Part shown: positions 10,512 through 23,200 of the stretch, in pieces
Numbering within the stretch: position 1 is the first letter of the stretch
Layout: every line of letters starts with the position of its first letter
DNA from: Histomonas meleagridis 2922-C6/04-290x
Taxonomy: Eukaryota > Protista > Parabasalia
NCBI GenBank assembly: GCA_020184695.1
Contig: JAANOX010000254.1
Location: 1-64,000 of the forward strand
Reading direction: 5' to 3'
DNA: 64,000 nt
Made by a program: the position numbers and the translations under genes
The notes under the pieces: generated by a model
Database searches by the model: none
What the model saw: the letters and a program-made list of their open reading frames with translations, nothing else
Told to the model about the DNA's origin: nothing

Positions 10512-11018
10512 ATGATGGAAAAGAAAAAGGAAAGAAGCATTCAATCACATCGGAAAGTTAAATGGAGTCAAGAAGAAGATAATCAACTAATTGATGCAGT
10601 AAAAATATATGGAAATTCAAATTGGTCTTCTATAGCTCAACATGTTAATGGAAGAAATGGGAAACAATGTAGAGAAAGGTGGATTGGAATGTTGGATCCC
10701 AACCTTATTCATGATGGATGGACAACATCAGAAGATCATTTACTTCTTAAAAAACAAAAAGAATATGGAAACAAATGGTCTAAGATAGTTACATTTTTTC
10801 CTAAGCGTTCTTCAATTACAATTAAAAATAGATGGAATTGGCTCATAAAGCATGTCATTCCTGAACAAATATTATTTAATCCTACTGAAGTAACTGATCT
10901 CAAAGAAAACAAAGATGATATCTTTTTTGAAGGCTCATCTTGGAAGGAGCTTGATTTACTCGAGTATTCTCATTTCTCTTTTGATTGCCCTTTAACAAAT
11001 GAATGGTTTTCTTTTTGA
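10512..11018 (+). CDS. R2R3 Myb DNA-binding protein
   Basis: WSQEEDNQLIDAVKIYGNSNWSSIAQHVNGRNGKQCRERW and WTTSEDHLLLKKQKEYGNKWSKI..FPKRSSITIKNRW. First ATG is 10512 (the ORF track starts at TTG 10419). Confidence 0.9.
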   Translation: MMEKKKERSIQSHRKVKWSQEEDNQLIDAVKIYGNSNWSSIAQHVNGRNGKQCRERWIGMLDPNLIHDGWTTSEDHLLLKKQKEYGNKWSKIVTFFPKRSSITIKNRWNWLIKHVIPEQILFNPTEVTDLKENKDDIFFEGSSWKELDLLEYSHFSFDCPLTNEWFSF

Positions 11019-11268
11019 GTAAATTAATTAATTAATTATTGTTGAAAAAAAATTTATTTTTTTTATCAATGAACTCTTTAATATAAATCAAAAAAAAAAT
11101 TACAATTAAAAGCAATTCATCAAGAATTAATCATTATTTTTCATAATCTAATTTTTTATTTTTCCATAAACAATTACCATATCATTTCATTATTCAAAAA
11201 TGCAAAATTTCAAATTTTTCATATTCTTCAAAATTATTTATAGAATTTATTTCTTCATCTTTATTTTT

Positions 11269-11395
11269 AAAAACATATTTAAATATATTTCATTACATTG
11301 ATTTCTTCCACATTATTTACAAAAACATATTTAAATATATTTCATTACATTGATTTCTTCCACATTATTTACAAAAACATATTTAAATATATTTC
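11269..11395. repeat. 52-bp tandem direct repeat, about 2.4 copies
   Basis: Unit aaaaacatatttaaatatatttcattacattgatttcttccacattatttac starts at 11269, 11321 and (partial) 11373; the copies are identical. Confidence 0.9.
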
Positions 11396-11497
11396 TTTGA
11401 GTGACGAATGAATTAAACATCAAAATATATTTAATAAACCAAAATTTATTTTCTATTTATTTTTAACTATTCATAAATAATATGCAAACAATTCATA

Positions 11498-14400
11498 TTA
11501 CTCTATTTGACTCATTGGCTTCTGAAGCATTTCTCCGATATTCTCAGCCACGAATCTCCTTCCCACTCTGTCGGGCGATCCCATCTGATGCTTTGGGTTT
11601 TTCCTTGCGTGTATTGGCCCCAAAAGCACCGGCCTAATTTTCTCTGTGTTTTCGACATTCGCGTTAGTTTTCTCTTGATTTGCGTCTTCTGTTTCACTAT
11701 TAACTTCCAAAGATATTTGTGACTTCGAAGAGCGTCTCGAATGTCGATGGAAACTTTTCTCATCTTTTGATCTTCTTCTTCTTCGTTTTCTTTTCTTTGA
11801 AGAAGAAGCGTCTTCACTTTCCTCCACAAATAATTTCTGGTACAAAATCGTCGGGTTTTTAATTGTGGAAGATCTTCTTGTACGTGTTGTAGCAAACCAT
11901 TGACCTGCCATTGCTTCTTCTTCTGTTTTGTTATTATTATTATTTTCGTTCGTGTTGTTATTCTTTTGTTTAAATTCAAAAGTTTCATCAGTGTTATCAT
12001 AGAATTCGCTGATAAAATCATTCGCTGTTCGTAATGTTTTAGGTTCAACATGATTAATAGGCGTCGGTGGTTGCGCTGAGTTACGCCGCTTTGATGTCGT
12101 CGACTTACGTCGTTCGTTTTTCTTTTCGTCATTATCTGACGTTGACTCTTCATCTGCTTCTTTCTTCTTAAGTTGTTGAACAATTGGCTTAAATGATGGA
12201 AACGCATCTAATTCGCTGTTGTTAACTCTTGGCGCTAATCTGAGCATTGGCTGTTTGGGTTCGACGTGCTGATTTGGCGAATTATTATATCTTGGCGAAT
12301 TCTGACGATTAATAACATTCACATTTTGATTATTTGTTGGCGTATTCATTTGGCTATTATTAACATTTTGATTATTTGTTGGTGTATTAATATTAACATT
12401 TACATTTTGATTATTTGTTGGCGTATTCGTTCGACTATTATTAACATTAATATTTTGATTATTTGGCGAATTATTATTATTATTAACATTTTGATTATTT
12501 GGAGAATTATTATTATTAACATTTTGATTGTTTGGAGAATTTTCATTATTAATGAATTGCACATCATTCAGCGAACTTGGTGTAATGATATTGTTACTTT
12601 TCGTCGAATCATTTATTACGGATGAGCTTTCTTCAGTATCTTCAAATATAGGAATTGGCCGCTGCACATTATGCGGTAAAGTAAACACGGGTTTAACGCG
12701 TTTAGATTCCGCGGAGCCAATACTTTGAGCGAAAGTTGCTCTTGGAATTGGGATTTTTTCCTTTATGATATCAGTACTTTCACTTTCATCATTCGATATG
12801 ATTGAAGTGTTTGAATCTGTCTTAAGTGCTACTCGTAACTTACGCATTCCTTGTGACTTAGGGAACACTGAATACCTCCGTAAACTTTCGGGACTAATTT
12901 TTTCTTCGATTAATTGACGTGGCGTCATCACTTCGTTTTTCTCGTTTTGTTTACGTCTAATTCGAGGCGATGTTTGACTAAAAGTTGCCAACTTTTCGGG
13001 ATCAATTTTCTCGATGAAAATTGATTCGATTATCATTCGTTGGAAAATTGGTTGTTTTGAAGTGGGTATAGCGTTAATATTTTCTTGAGTTTTTATTAAG
13101 GCCGCAATTGAAGCACGTCTTAACATTAAATTTCGTTGTACTTGTGGAGATATTGTTGATTTAGTTTGTACAGTTCTTCGAGGTATAGTATCAGGTAAAT
13201 ATGTTGATTGATGTGAAATTAATGTATGACATCTTTGAGAGTTTAAGAAGTTATCCCATTTATTTTGATCGAAGTTAATAATAATTTCATTTTTTATTTC
13301 GTTTTTCCATGAATTCGATAATTTTAATGTATATAAAGTACATAAAGGTAATTTACTTTTATATTCCATTCCACCATATATTATAATTTCTTTGTTAGAT
13401 AACATTGCACCACTTGCATATCGTAAAGAAGTTGGAAAATTTCCATAATTATTAATTTTAGTAATTCCGAAATTATTTAAATTTATTGTAAATGGTTTCG
13501 ATTCAGGTCGATCAGTAATTCCGCCAATGATTAACATTTCATTCCCTAAAACAAATGATAAATGAGACATTTGTGGGCGAATTTTTTCTTTTAATATTTC
13601 TTTATTCCATTTTAAATTTATCAAATCAAATGTCCATAAATCATTTAACAAACCTTTTTCATTTTTACCACCGAAGATATACATTTTATTTTGATATACT
13701 ATCGCAGAATGTCCACATCTTGGATCAGGTTTTTTTCCATTTATATTTAATTGTTCGATTTCTTTTTGTAATGGATCTAATATATATATTTGTGATGAAA
13801 ATCCATTTTCTTTAGATTTACCACCGAATATATATAACTTATCTTTATATGATACACAAGAATGTCCATGTTTATAAAATGGCGTTTTCATTCCAAATTG
13901 ATGCCATTGTCCACTGTTTAAATCAAATCGCATTATTTCGGCGACTTCTTTTGACCCTATAATCCCTCCAATAACATATAAATAATCTTTTAAATATGTA
14001 AATGTACTTTTCCTTCGACCAACTATACCACTTTCTAATGTGGTCATTTCAGACAATGGAAAATTTCGTAAATTTTGTTGTTGATACGAAGAGAATTCAG
14101 AACATATTAATCTTTGTGATGTTGATATTCCTCCATAAAAGATAATACATTCGCCATTAGAGATACAATTATGTTGACAAATCGATGGTAATGAATCAGA
14201 AATTGAAGCTAAAGTCCAATTAATTTGTCGTTCTTTATCACCTTGTTTATTTTGGAATGAGTTTAATAAAAGTTGTATGTTATCTAAAAATTGTGTTTTC
14301 TCTTCTAATTTAGAAAATGATATAATGAAATCTGTACGTTCATAAACATTTTCTTTAACTTTATATATATATGGAATAATTATTGACCGAAATTCTCCTG

Positions 14401-15742
14401 CTAAAGGTAAATAATGAAATGTATATAACGATTTAGAAAATATTAATTTCGCTGTCTTTCCTCGATCAATATATATGAAAACTATATCATTACATAAACA
14501 CATTTGCGCTTGTGAAGTTTTCTTTTGATCTTGTAATGTGATTTCGACAAGCATTACGATTTGTCGTGTTGGATTTTGTAAGTTAATTTCATATTTCTTA
14601 AGTTTGTCTTCGATTTCTTTTAACATTGTTTGTTGTTTCGCTGTTTTCGTTGCTTGATCAGCTTCTTTATTAATCTTTTCGATTGTTTCTTCTGCTAAAG
14701 GTAACAAATGATAATCGGGATATATCTCAGGTGTAATTTTGATTAATTCACGTATAAACAATAAATAACGTGGTAAGCGTTGAATCGGTGTTATTAAATA
14801 TGACATAAAATCATGTTGACCATTCATTTGTTGTAATTCGGACATTGTCGATGTAAATGCGCGATTTTGTTTTTTGAGATTTATGAGCTCATTGATCGAA
14901 TGATATTTAGAGATATAATGTATCGATGAACGTAAATTCTCTTGATGCTCTAAGAAAATCGATGCTGCACTTAAAGAGTTATTACATTCATTACTTAAAA
15001 ATGAATTATAAAATTCTTTGTGCGCTTTATATATGGGTTCAATGTCATGAAATATCATATCTTGTTCACTATCTGTTAATACATTTCGTGATTTTAATTG
15101 AACTTGCCAAAATGTTAATATTAAATTTAAATCATCAAGAAATTGTTTCTCAGTATTAATGATCTCTTTGAAGACATTAACACGTTGTTGGATCATTTGA
15201 AGTGATTTGGTGGAAAATTTAATGTCAACTGAGAGTTCTGGTGGTGACTCAAAATCAATGAAATTATTGAGGGTTTCTTCTTCATCAATTTGTTCACCAT
15301 CAACATAAAAACCATTGATCTCAGTACTATTGCCGGTGATCGAAAAAATTTGATCTGAAAGATCACCAAATGTAATATTTATTAAATCTGATATTGAGAG
15401 CGAAATTGGAAGTGGTGGAAAGTTTAACTCCGCGTTGTGATAAACTTTTAAATAGAGTATAATGTTGTCTTTCGGTATTGAAGAAGATTGATAAAGATAA
15501 TATTTTGGTCTATTATACATGGTTGGCTTTTGTGTGAGAAAGAGATATGGATACATTTTAGTTGGAACTTCTGTTTCAGAAAGAGCTATCATAAAACTTG
15601 GAGTATGAACCCATACTGTTTGCTTTTCTTCAAGTATATTTTTAGAAATTAATTTGTGTATTGAGTAGCTTTTGATGCGGCTTTCCTCGAAAACTTTATT
15701 TGGACCAGTATCTGAACAAATGCATATAAAACGAGGTGCCAT
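11498..15742 (-). CDS. RhoGEF (DH-PH) plus Kelch-repeat protein with long disordered C-terminus
   Basis: DH: RVNVFKEIINTEKQFLDDL..YLITPIQRLPRYLLFIRELIKITP. PH-like region follows, then Kelch repeats (HGHSCVSYKDKLYIFGG, RCGHSAIVYQNKMYIFGG). Confidence 0.87.
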   Translation of the reverse strand: MAPRFICICSDTGPNKVFEESRIKSYSIHKLISKNILEEKQTVWVHTPSFMIALSETEVPTKMYPYLFLTQKPTMYNRPKYYLYQSSSIPKDNIILYLKVYHNAELNFPPLPISLSISDLINITFGDLSDQIFSITGNSTEINGFYVDGEQIDEEETLNNFIDFESPPELSVDIKFSTKSLQMIQQRVNVFKEIINTEKQFLDDLNLILTFWQVQLKSRNVLTDSEQDMIFHDIEPIYKAHKEFYNSFLSNECNNSLSAASIFLEHQENLRSSIHYISKYHSINELINLKKQNRAFTSTMSELQQMNGQHDFMSYLITPIQRLPRYLLFIRELIKITPEIYPDYHLLPLAEETIEKINKEADQATKTAKQQTMLKEIEDKLKKYEINLQNPTRQIVMLVEITLQDQKKTSQAQMCLCNDIVFIYIDRGKTAKLIFSKSLYTFHYLPLAGEFRSIIIPYIYKVKENVYERTDFIISFSKLEEKTQFLDNIQLLLNSFQNKQGDKERQINWTLASISDSLPSICQHNCISNGECIIFYGGISTSQRLICSEFSSYQQQNLRNFPLSEMTTLESGIVGRRKSTFTYLKDYLYVIGGIIGSKEVAEIMRFDLNSGQWHQFGMKTPFYKHGHSCVSYKDKLYIFGGKSKENGFSSQIYILDPLQKEIEQLNINGKKPDPRCGHSAIVYQNKMYIFGGKNEKGLLNDLWTFDLINLKWNKEILKEKIRPQMSHLSFVLGNEMLIIGGITDRPESKPFTINLNNFGITKINNYGNFPTSLRYASGAMLSNKEIIIYGGMEYKSKLPLCTLYTLKLSNSWKNEIKNEIIINFDQNKWDNFLNSQRCHTLISHQSTYLPDTIPRRTVQTKSTISPQVQRNLMLRRASIAALIKTQENINAIPTSKQPIFQRMIIESIFIEKIDPEKLATFSQTSPRIRRKQNEKNEVMTPRQLIEEKISPESLRRYSVFPKSQGMRKLRVALKTDSNTSIISNDESESTDIIKEKIPIPRATFAQSIGSAESKRVKPVFTLPHNVQRPIPIFEDTEESSSVINDSTKSNNIITPSSLNDVQFINNENSPNNQNVNNNNSPNNQNVNNNNNSPNNQNINVNNSRTNTPTNNQNVNVNINTPTNNQNVNNSQMNTPTNNQNVNVINRQNSPRYNNSPNQHVEPKQPMLRLAPRVNNSELDAFPSFKPIVQQLKKKEADEESTSDNDEKKNERRKSTTSKRRNSAQPPTPINHVEPKTLRTANDFISEFYDNTDETFEFKQKNNNTNENNNNNKTEEEAMAGQWFATTRTRRSSTIKNPTILYQKLFVEESEDASSSKKRKRRRRRSKDEKSFHRHSRRSSKSQISLEVNSETEDANQEKTNANVENTEKIRPVLLGPIHARKNPKHQMGSPDRVGRRFVAENIGEMLQKPMSQIE
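12285..12545 (-). repeat. Asn-rich coding repeat (NSPNNQNV / NTPTNNQNV) in the RhoGEF-Kelch gene
   Basis: About six imperfect peptide units visible in both translation and DNA. Confidence 0.85.
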
Positions 15743-16438
15743 CCTTCCGTACCTTTTACGGTTATTTTACGATATTCAAAATCCGGTTTTGAACGGTATT
15801 CAAAATTCTTTTCTTTCAATTATTGATCAGAAACCAGAAATTGACTTACTTAAAAGTTATAAAAAGGATCATTAAGTTCATTTCAGAAATTATTTTTATC
15901 ATAAAAAGAAAGAGAAATTTATTGTTGCCACCTGTAATTAAATGATTTTATGGTTTCTTAAGTTATAGATAAAATGAAGCATTTTTTTCATTTTCATAGA
16001 ATTTATTGGGATATTTTACATTGGGTTTCTATTTCATCAGATAATCAAAGGTCAGTGATGAAATGAAAAAAGCAAAGTTTGGGATATTCTATATTCCTTT
16101 TTTTGAAAAATAATAAAATTTTAGTACCATCAAATAATGCTGAGATATGATGAAAATATGCTGTCATTATCAGAAGTATCACATATTTCATTGGATACAA
16201 ATAAATTGAAATGAAAAATGTATATAATGAAAAATAATTCGGATATTTCTGTTTTCTAAATTAAAAATATTATTTTAATAATTATGTTTTCTATAAGTGA
16301 CTAAAAAAAAATAATGATATTAATTAAGATTAAAACAATTTATTCTGGAATAATCATTTTCAGAAAAGTTAGTTAGATAGCGGATACGCTTTTTTAGCGA
16401 AGCTCTGTCAGTAAAAAAAAATGAAGTTTGATTGAGGC

Positions 16439-17004
16439 ATGGAATTTATCACTTCGCTTGAACAAATTATATTTTCTATAAAAAAGAATATAAAATTATC
16501 AATTCAACATACAATAAAATTATTTAATTCAATTTTTTTATATTTATTTAATTTAATCATATGTAATTTGATCTACTTTTACATTTTCATCAAAAAAGGA
16601 TTCAACTCACCCGAATCAAATGATTTGTACTTTAATTATTTAGAAACAATTCAGCAACAAAATTACTCCGAATTTTTCCTTTTTTATGCAAGGATTGGAA
16701 ATATTTTCCTCGTTAAATATTTTCCTAAGTTTATACAAATTCTTAAAAATATATTAATTTTTTCAGCAGAGTCAGGAAACATTAAACTTGTCAGATATAT
16801 TAAAAAACAAGAAGGAATTGATATTAATGCTAACGATATTTAATTGCAATATTTTATCTATATTTTAATCATTTCCCAATACCCCAACACAATATTTGGA
16901 AATTATTTAAATTATTTTATACAGCTCTTATGAGAACATCTTCATATGGTAAAATAAAATTATTTCATGAGCCTTCACATGTTAAATGCAAGTTTTTTAG
17001 ATAA
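16439..17004 (+). pseudogene. truncated ankyrin-repeat gene with 83-nt intervening element
   Basis: LIFSAESGNIKLVRYIKKQEGIDINAND, then an 83-nt AT-rich insert (16838-16920) with TAA at its second codon; ankyrin TALMRTSSYG resumes at 16921 in another frame and ends at TAA 17002-17004. Confidence 0.65.
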
Positions 17005-17155
17005 AATTATAATTATTCATTAATTTTTTGGACATATAAAACAAATATTCCTTTTGTTTATAAATAGGTGTCTAGCATATAGTGCAATATGAAAAATAGA
17101 AACAATGTAAAATCGTTTTTGGTACCAGTTCAAAATCTTCATTAAAAGGTCAAAG

Positions 17156-17163
17156 GACCGTTA
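17156..17163 (+). promoter_or_regulatory. M3-like element GACCGTTA upstream of BEACH gene
   Basis: About 45 nt upstream of ATG 17209; followed by TCAAT/TCATT Inr-like motifs. Confidence 0.55.
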
Positions 17164-17208
17164 ATTCAATGAGCTCATTTTTTTAACGTTCAAAAGTAGT
17201 TCAACAAG

Positions 17209-20200
17209 ATGAGAGCATTATTTGGAGGTTCAAAAGAATATGAAGATTTCGAAAAGTCATCAAAAGAACTTCAACAACTACTCAATTCAAATAATTTTCA
17301 TGCAGTTAAAGAAAAAGTCATCGAATGCTCAAGATTATTTTTACAACATTTTTCTGGAATGTCTCCTTCAGACATACATCGTGCACCAATCAAAAATGAG
17401 GCAAGGGTTTTTCTAGATGGCCTGCTTAATGTTTTAATTCATCTTTTTGAGGATCAAACAGAAAATCAAGATTTAATGAATTGTTTGATTTTAACAATGG
17501 GATTCCTCCAACCCAAAAAAGACATTAACACGAAATTAATTCGTTTTCTTAATAGTTTAATTAATCTTAAAAATGATGATTTCTTCTTAATAGCTTTACC
17601 AGTGATTGATGAATTAACAAATAACAAACCTTTTCTTTCCTATTTATCCAGTGATAATAACATATGTTCTATATGGTCATCATGGCCCACCAAAACAAAA
17701 AATTGTTCCAATTTTATTCGAGAAATTCTATGTAAATCGATTTCCAAGAACAAATCTCTTAATGAAAAGTCGTATAATTTTTTCATTGATTTTAGTATTA
17801 AAACCATTTCCACATCTAATTCAGATATGTTATATTTTCTTACTTTTTTTTATAAAACACTAGGGAAATGTGAATTCTATTTTGAAAACATCACCAAAAT
17901 CACTGCTGCCATAGATAGAACAGGAAGTGGCGAATCATTGTATAATTTATGTACCATTAAATCCATCAAAAAAGAAACGGTCTCCGATATCATTCAAAAT
18001 TTTTTAATTTCAAGAAACACAAATATATTAGAAAACATTATCTTATTATTGAGTGTAATACCTGATTTAGATGTTAGTATTGATATATTTTTTGCTAGGA
18101 TTTCACAATTAAGTAAAGAAACTCAAGAAATATTTTTGAACTTAATATTAAAGCAACCAATGCCACTTAAATCGGAATATTTAAATTTCTTATTTCCACC
18201 ATGGCGAATTGGAATTGATTGTAAAATTCTATCCAAATTCATTAAGAAATATTTCATAGATGGCGAAAAATATTTAGATTTAACACTTATGAATATCGAC
18301 GAAAATGAATTAGTTGAAAAAATCGATAGCGTTGAATTTTTAGCTGATCTTATTTTTGATTTATTTGAGAAAACAGATCCATTTACACTTAATCCTAAAT
18401 ATATTGAGAAAATCATTCGATTAGTATCAATTGGATCTAAAAATTCGATTGTTATATTAGAGAATTGTTTTACTTTATTTCCACCAATTGTTTATAAAGA
18501 AGCATTTATTAAGAACATTAATAATCTTTCAACAAATAAAACATTTACGAATTATTTACCATATTTAATTCCGGAAGTTCCTACATTATCAAAAGAATTA
18601 TTAGTTCCCGAATTCATTAATTGGTGTTTAAATGAACATCAATATGATACATTAATAGTTTTAGCTATGAATGGACCTTATCCTATAATTGATAAATGTA
18701 TTATTGAGTTTAATGATTTTTCCAATTTAACACAAAAACAAATAATAAATTTAATATATGCACAAAAAATTAATAGTAATGATCAAAATATTGAAAAACA
18801 TAAATTAATTCGTATTCCTTCATTAACAAATTATGTCGAAGAAATAGAATTACCGACGTTATTTGACTTATATTCAGTTTCTTCATATTTAATTGATAAT
18901 GAATTATTATCTATTGATAATAATAAATTTGTTCGTTATGGAATTCAATATTTATCAAGTTCTTTAGCAAATAAAGTTATTGATAATTCGGAATTATTAT
19001 ATAAATTAACTAATATCGAACATATACATTTCGATGTGTTTCAATTCCAAAACTTAACAGAAGATTCATTTATATATTTTAACTTACCTTTTTCTTTTGA
19101 TTTTAAAGTTGAGAATATTAGTAATAAACCTACAATCATTTGTGAGTTTAAAAATCAAAAATTATATACAATTAATAACTCATTAATTTTTGATAATAAA
19201 TCATTTGAAATTGATCCAAAAATTTGGAATAAAATTTCATTTAAATTAAATACAAGTTCCAATAAAAAAATATATCAAATTTTCATTAATAAAAAATTAA
19301 TTCATTCTTTCGGTATTGAAGAACAAAATAAATATTTAATTGGTTCTTCAAATGAAACTCCGAAAACAACGTTTTATATAAATATTCATTCGAAAGAAGA
19401 AAATTTACAACAAATTGGACCTGGAATATTAAAAGTTATTTATAAAGGTATAATTTATTATTCACCTTTTATAAATGGAATTCCAAGGATAATGAATAAT
19501 ATATTAAATTCGAAAACTGAAATTGAATTCCAAAATTATTTCTTTAGTTTAATTAATATCTCAAAAATTAAGAAAACTAATTTAAATTCATATTTAAGAA
19601 TATTTATGATACATAAAAATGAATTTGTTACAAAAACTTTTATAGTAAAACTATTAGAAACAATTAAAGATAATTATAATGATTTATTTGAGTTATTTAT
19701 TAATTATGATTTATGTTATAAACTTGATGAAAATATTATTAATCAAGTCTTTCCATTAATACATTGTATAATATCATGTGATCAAAAAGCTAAAGAAATT
19801 AGTTTGAAAAAATATTCATTACCTTATTTTTTAATGGACTTATTACGATTAAAACAATATAATAATGATTTAATGTTTAATTTGATTAATTTATATATTG
19901 AGCCGACAACGAATTTTTTGGTTTCAATAATGAGCTCTAATTCACCTGAATATATTTCTTATACTATACCTCATTTAACATCATTAAAATTCCCTTTAGA
20001 AAATATCGTCTTATTAGATAGTGAAATGTTTTTAGAATATTTAAATTATTATTCACTTGAATGTGTCGATAATAAAGATTTATTTAATCCGAATTCATTT
20101 TTAGAAATAACTCCTTCTTTAATACCTATTGTAAATAATGAAATTTTGTGGATTTCGTTGTTCATTTTATTAGTAAATCATAAAGAAGAAAAAATTCGAG

Positions 20201-23200
20201 ATTTCGCTAATTATGTTATTATACGTGAACAAATTGTTAAAACAATTTTTTTATTAATTCCTTTTTTGTTTAAATCTAATAATGATAGTTTATATCAAGA
20301 TGTCGTATTTACATTTTATAGTTTATTACAAATTAATGATTTTAAACTAATAGATTATTCTAAAGAAATCCAAAACTTATTAAGAATTGGTTATTATTCA
20401 AGAAATGAAACTATTGAAACATTTTATTATGATACTTATAAACCAAAAAGAGAAGAAATTAAAGAAGTTCAACAAATTCATTCATATAAAAACATAGATT
20501 TAAATAATGATTTTGTACATAGATATTTCTTAAGTAATAATTTATTTTTTGATGTTGGAAGTTCAGTAACATTTGAACAAGAATTTTTAAAAACTATTAA
20601 TGATATTACATATCAAAAAATTCCGGAACAAACTATACCGACATTAGAAGAGTTAAAATTAATGTTAGAAAATGAGAAATATAATTTTATACTTTTGATT
20701 TCTTCATATTATTTAGCACAATTAAAACAAGAAAATAAATTTAATATATTTACTTTTGGTTTTGATAATTTCTCGAATTTAACTATACCTATTCATCAAT
20801 ATTGTATCTTAAATTATATACAAAATAATGGAATTAATGAAACATTATTAACTTATTTGAAAGATGTTATAATCATTGGTTGGTGGGATAATAATTTATT
20901 TGATTTATTTAAAAACATTTGTGATAAATTACCTCAAAACTTCGATAATTTATCAAATAATTTTATTGTTAAATTATCAAAAGTTTTTTGTTTAATTTTC
21001 GGATTAACAAATGATTTTTCACAATATAATAATTATTATAATATAATATTTCATCCAAAATTATTAAATATTTCAAAATATTATTTGTTCATATATTCAT
21101 TAAATAAAGAATTTAATCTTATTGATAATATAAATTATAATTCTAATAATGAAATTGATGAAAATTATTATAATAAATATTTAAATAAACAAACAATAAA
21201 ACTTAAAAAAGTTCAAGAAAAAATTAATAAAATTCGATTTTCGAATAATATGTATGATTTTATTATACTTAATTACTTACGAAATAATATCAAAACAAAA
21301 TTATTTAATGAAATTGAACAATTTTCATTCAAAAATCGTTATAATATATTATCAATTTATAATGAAAGAAGTAGTTATAAAATTTGGAAGAATTTACCAC
21401 AAAAAATTCCAACGCAATTCCAAGTTCCTACTTCAGTACATCCTGTATCAGTACCAACATTATATGTACCATTTATCTCGAATGAAAATGTAGAAACATT
21501 TAATACATATGGTAAATATATTGAAAAAATTAATTCATTTGGTGCAAAAATAGCAAATCCACCACCAAACATAATGGAATTTTCACGAAATTATTTCTTT
21601 GATACTACGCCACAAATATTAAATATATTATTCCAAAAACGATTTTTTGAAATCGAATCATATACACCAATACAATTAATATTTAGTGTTGAAACTATTG
21701 ATTGTATATTAGCAAAGAATAAAACGTCATATTTCATTATAACAAATGCTAAGTTATATGACAAAGATTTGTTTTGTTTTATTGATGATGATACACGTAA
21801 TTTAGTTATTAATAGTACATTTTTAGATTATTGTAGTTCTAAATATTATGGTGAAAATATGTTATTCTTTGGACATCCGATTTTATATTTTAATTCTAAT
21901 GAAATAACTATATCAACAATCCGACAATTTTGTCATGTTCAACAATGTATTGAGATATGGTTTGAAAGTGGTTATTCATTATTATTAATATTTAATAACA
22001 TTGATGATTTAAGTCATTATGAAACATTATTTAAACCTACGACATATTTACCATATTCGAAAAGTAATTTTTCATTATCTTTTTCATATGGATTAACAAC
22101 GTTAGTAAAGAATAAACAAAACTTAATACCATTCCAAAAGAAATGGATATCAAATCGATTATCATCATTTGCATATTTATTAATATTAAACTTCTTTTCT
22201 GATCGAAGTTTCTCTAATACTTCACAATACCCTGTAATGCCATGGGTATTACCACAACGTAATTTATCATTACCGATGGGACAACAAGATAAAGAACGAG
22301 CTCAAGAGTTCAATGAGAAATATCAAAGTTCATATCCGAATCAACATTTTTATGGATCATTATATTCATCACCAGCAATAATATTTCATTTTATGATGCG
22401 AATTCAACCATTTACTAATTTCCATATTGATTTACAAAATGGTTTCGATGTTGCTGAGCGTTTATTTTATGATATTGAAAATGAATATTTAAATGCTTCA
22501 CGTGATAGTTCACATAATGTCGAAGAATTGATTCCTGAATTATTTATGTTACCTGAAATCTTTATCAATGTTAATCATGCGCCAATACCAGAATTATTAA
22601 ATGGTAATTCGATATCGAATTGTACATTAAATCATGAAAATAATTGGATAACTTTCATATGGAAACATCGTAAACAATTGGATGATACAAACCAATTAGA
22701 AAAATGGATCGATTTAATATTCGGATATTGTTCACGTGGTCAAATGGCAATCGAAAAGTTTAATTTGTTTTATCCTTCAACTTATGGTATCCCACCAAAA
22801 GAATTAATCGACAATGAATTTGCTTTTAATTCGATGAAAAGAAATTTCGGACAAGTTCCAACGCAATTATTTATTACGCCACATCCTGCACGTGATACAA
22901 TTCGACATTCACGTTGGCCTTTATTAACTAATGTTGATCATTATTCGATACAAAACATTAAAACATTTACAACTAATGAATCGCCATCAATTGTTATATA
23001 TAATGGACAAACTTATGGATTACAAAATGTTACACATTTATTTACGAAGTTATTAAGAAACAAAAATAATTTCGTAATTAAAGATGATTTTATTAATTGG
23101 ATTTCTGACTTTAATCCAAGAAATTTCTTTGTTTCATCTTTCTCTTATGATAAATATTTGTTCGCCGGAGCATTTTTATGCGGAAGTTTATTCATATTTA

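Noticed and set aside
11507-12728. ORFs 11512-12207, 12266-12625 and 12528-12728
   Set aside because: Alternate-frame or antisense shadows of the low-complexity RhoGEF C-terminus.
16387-16399. Small hairpin CGCT-ttttt-AGCG
   Set aside because: Only 4 bp of stem; expected by chance.
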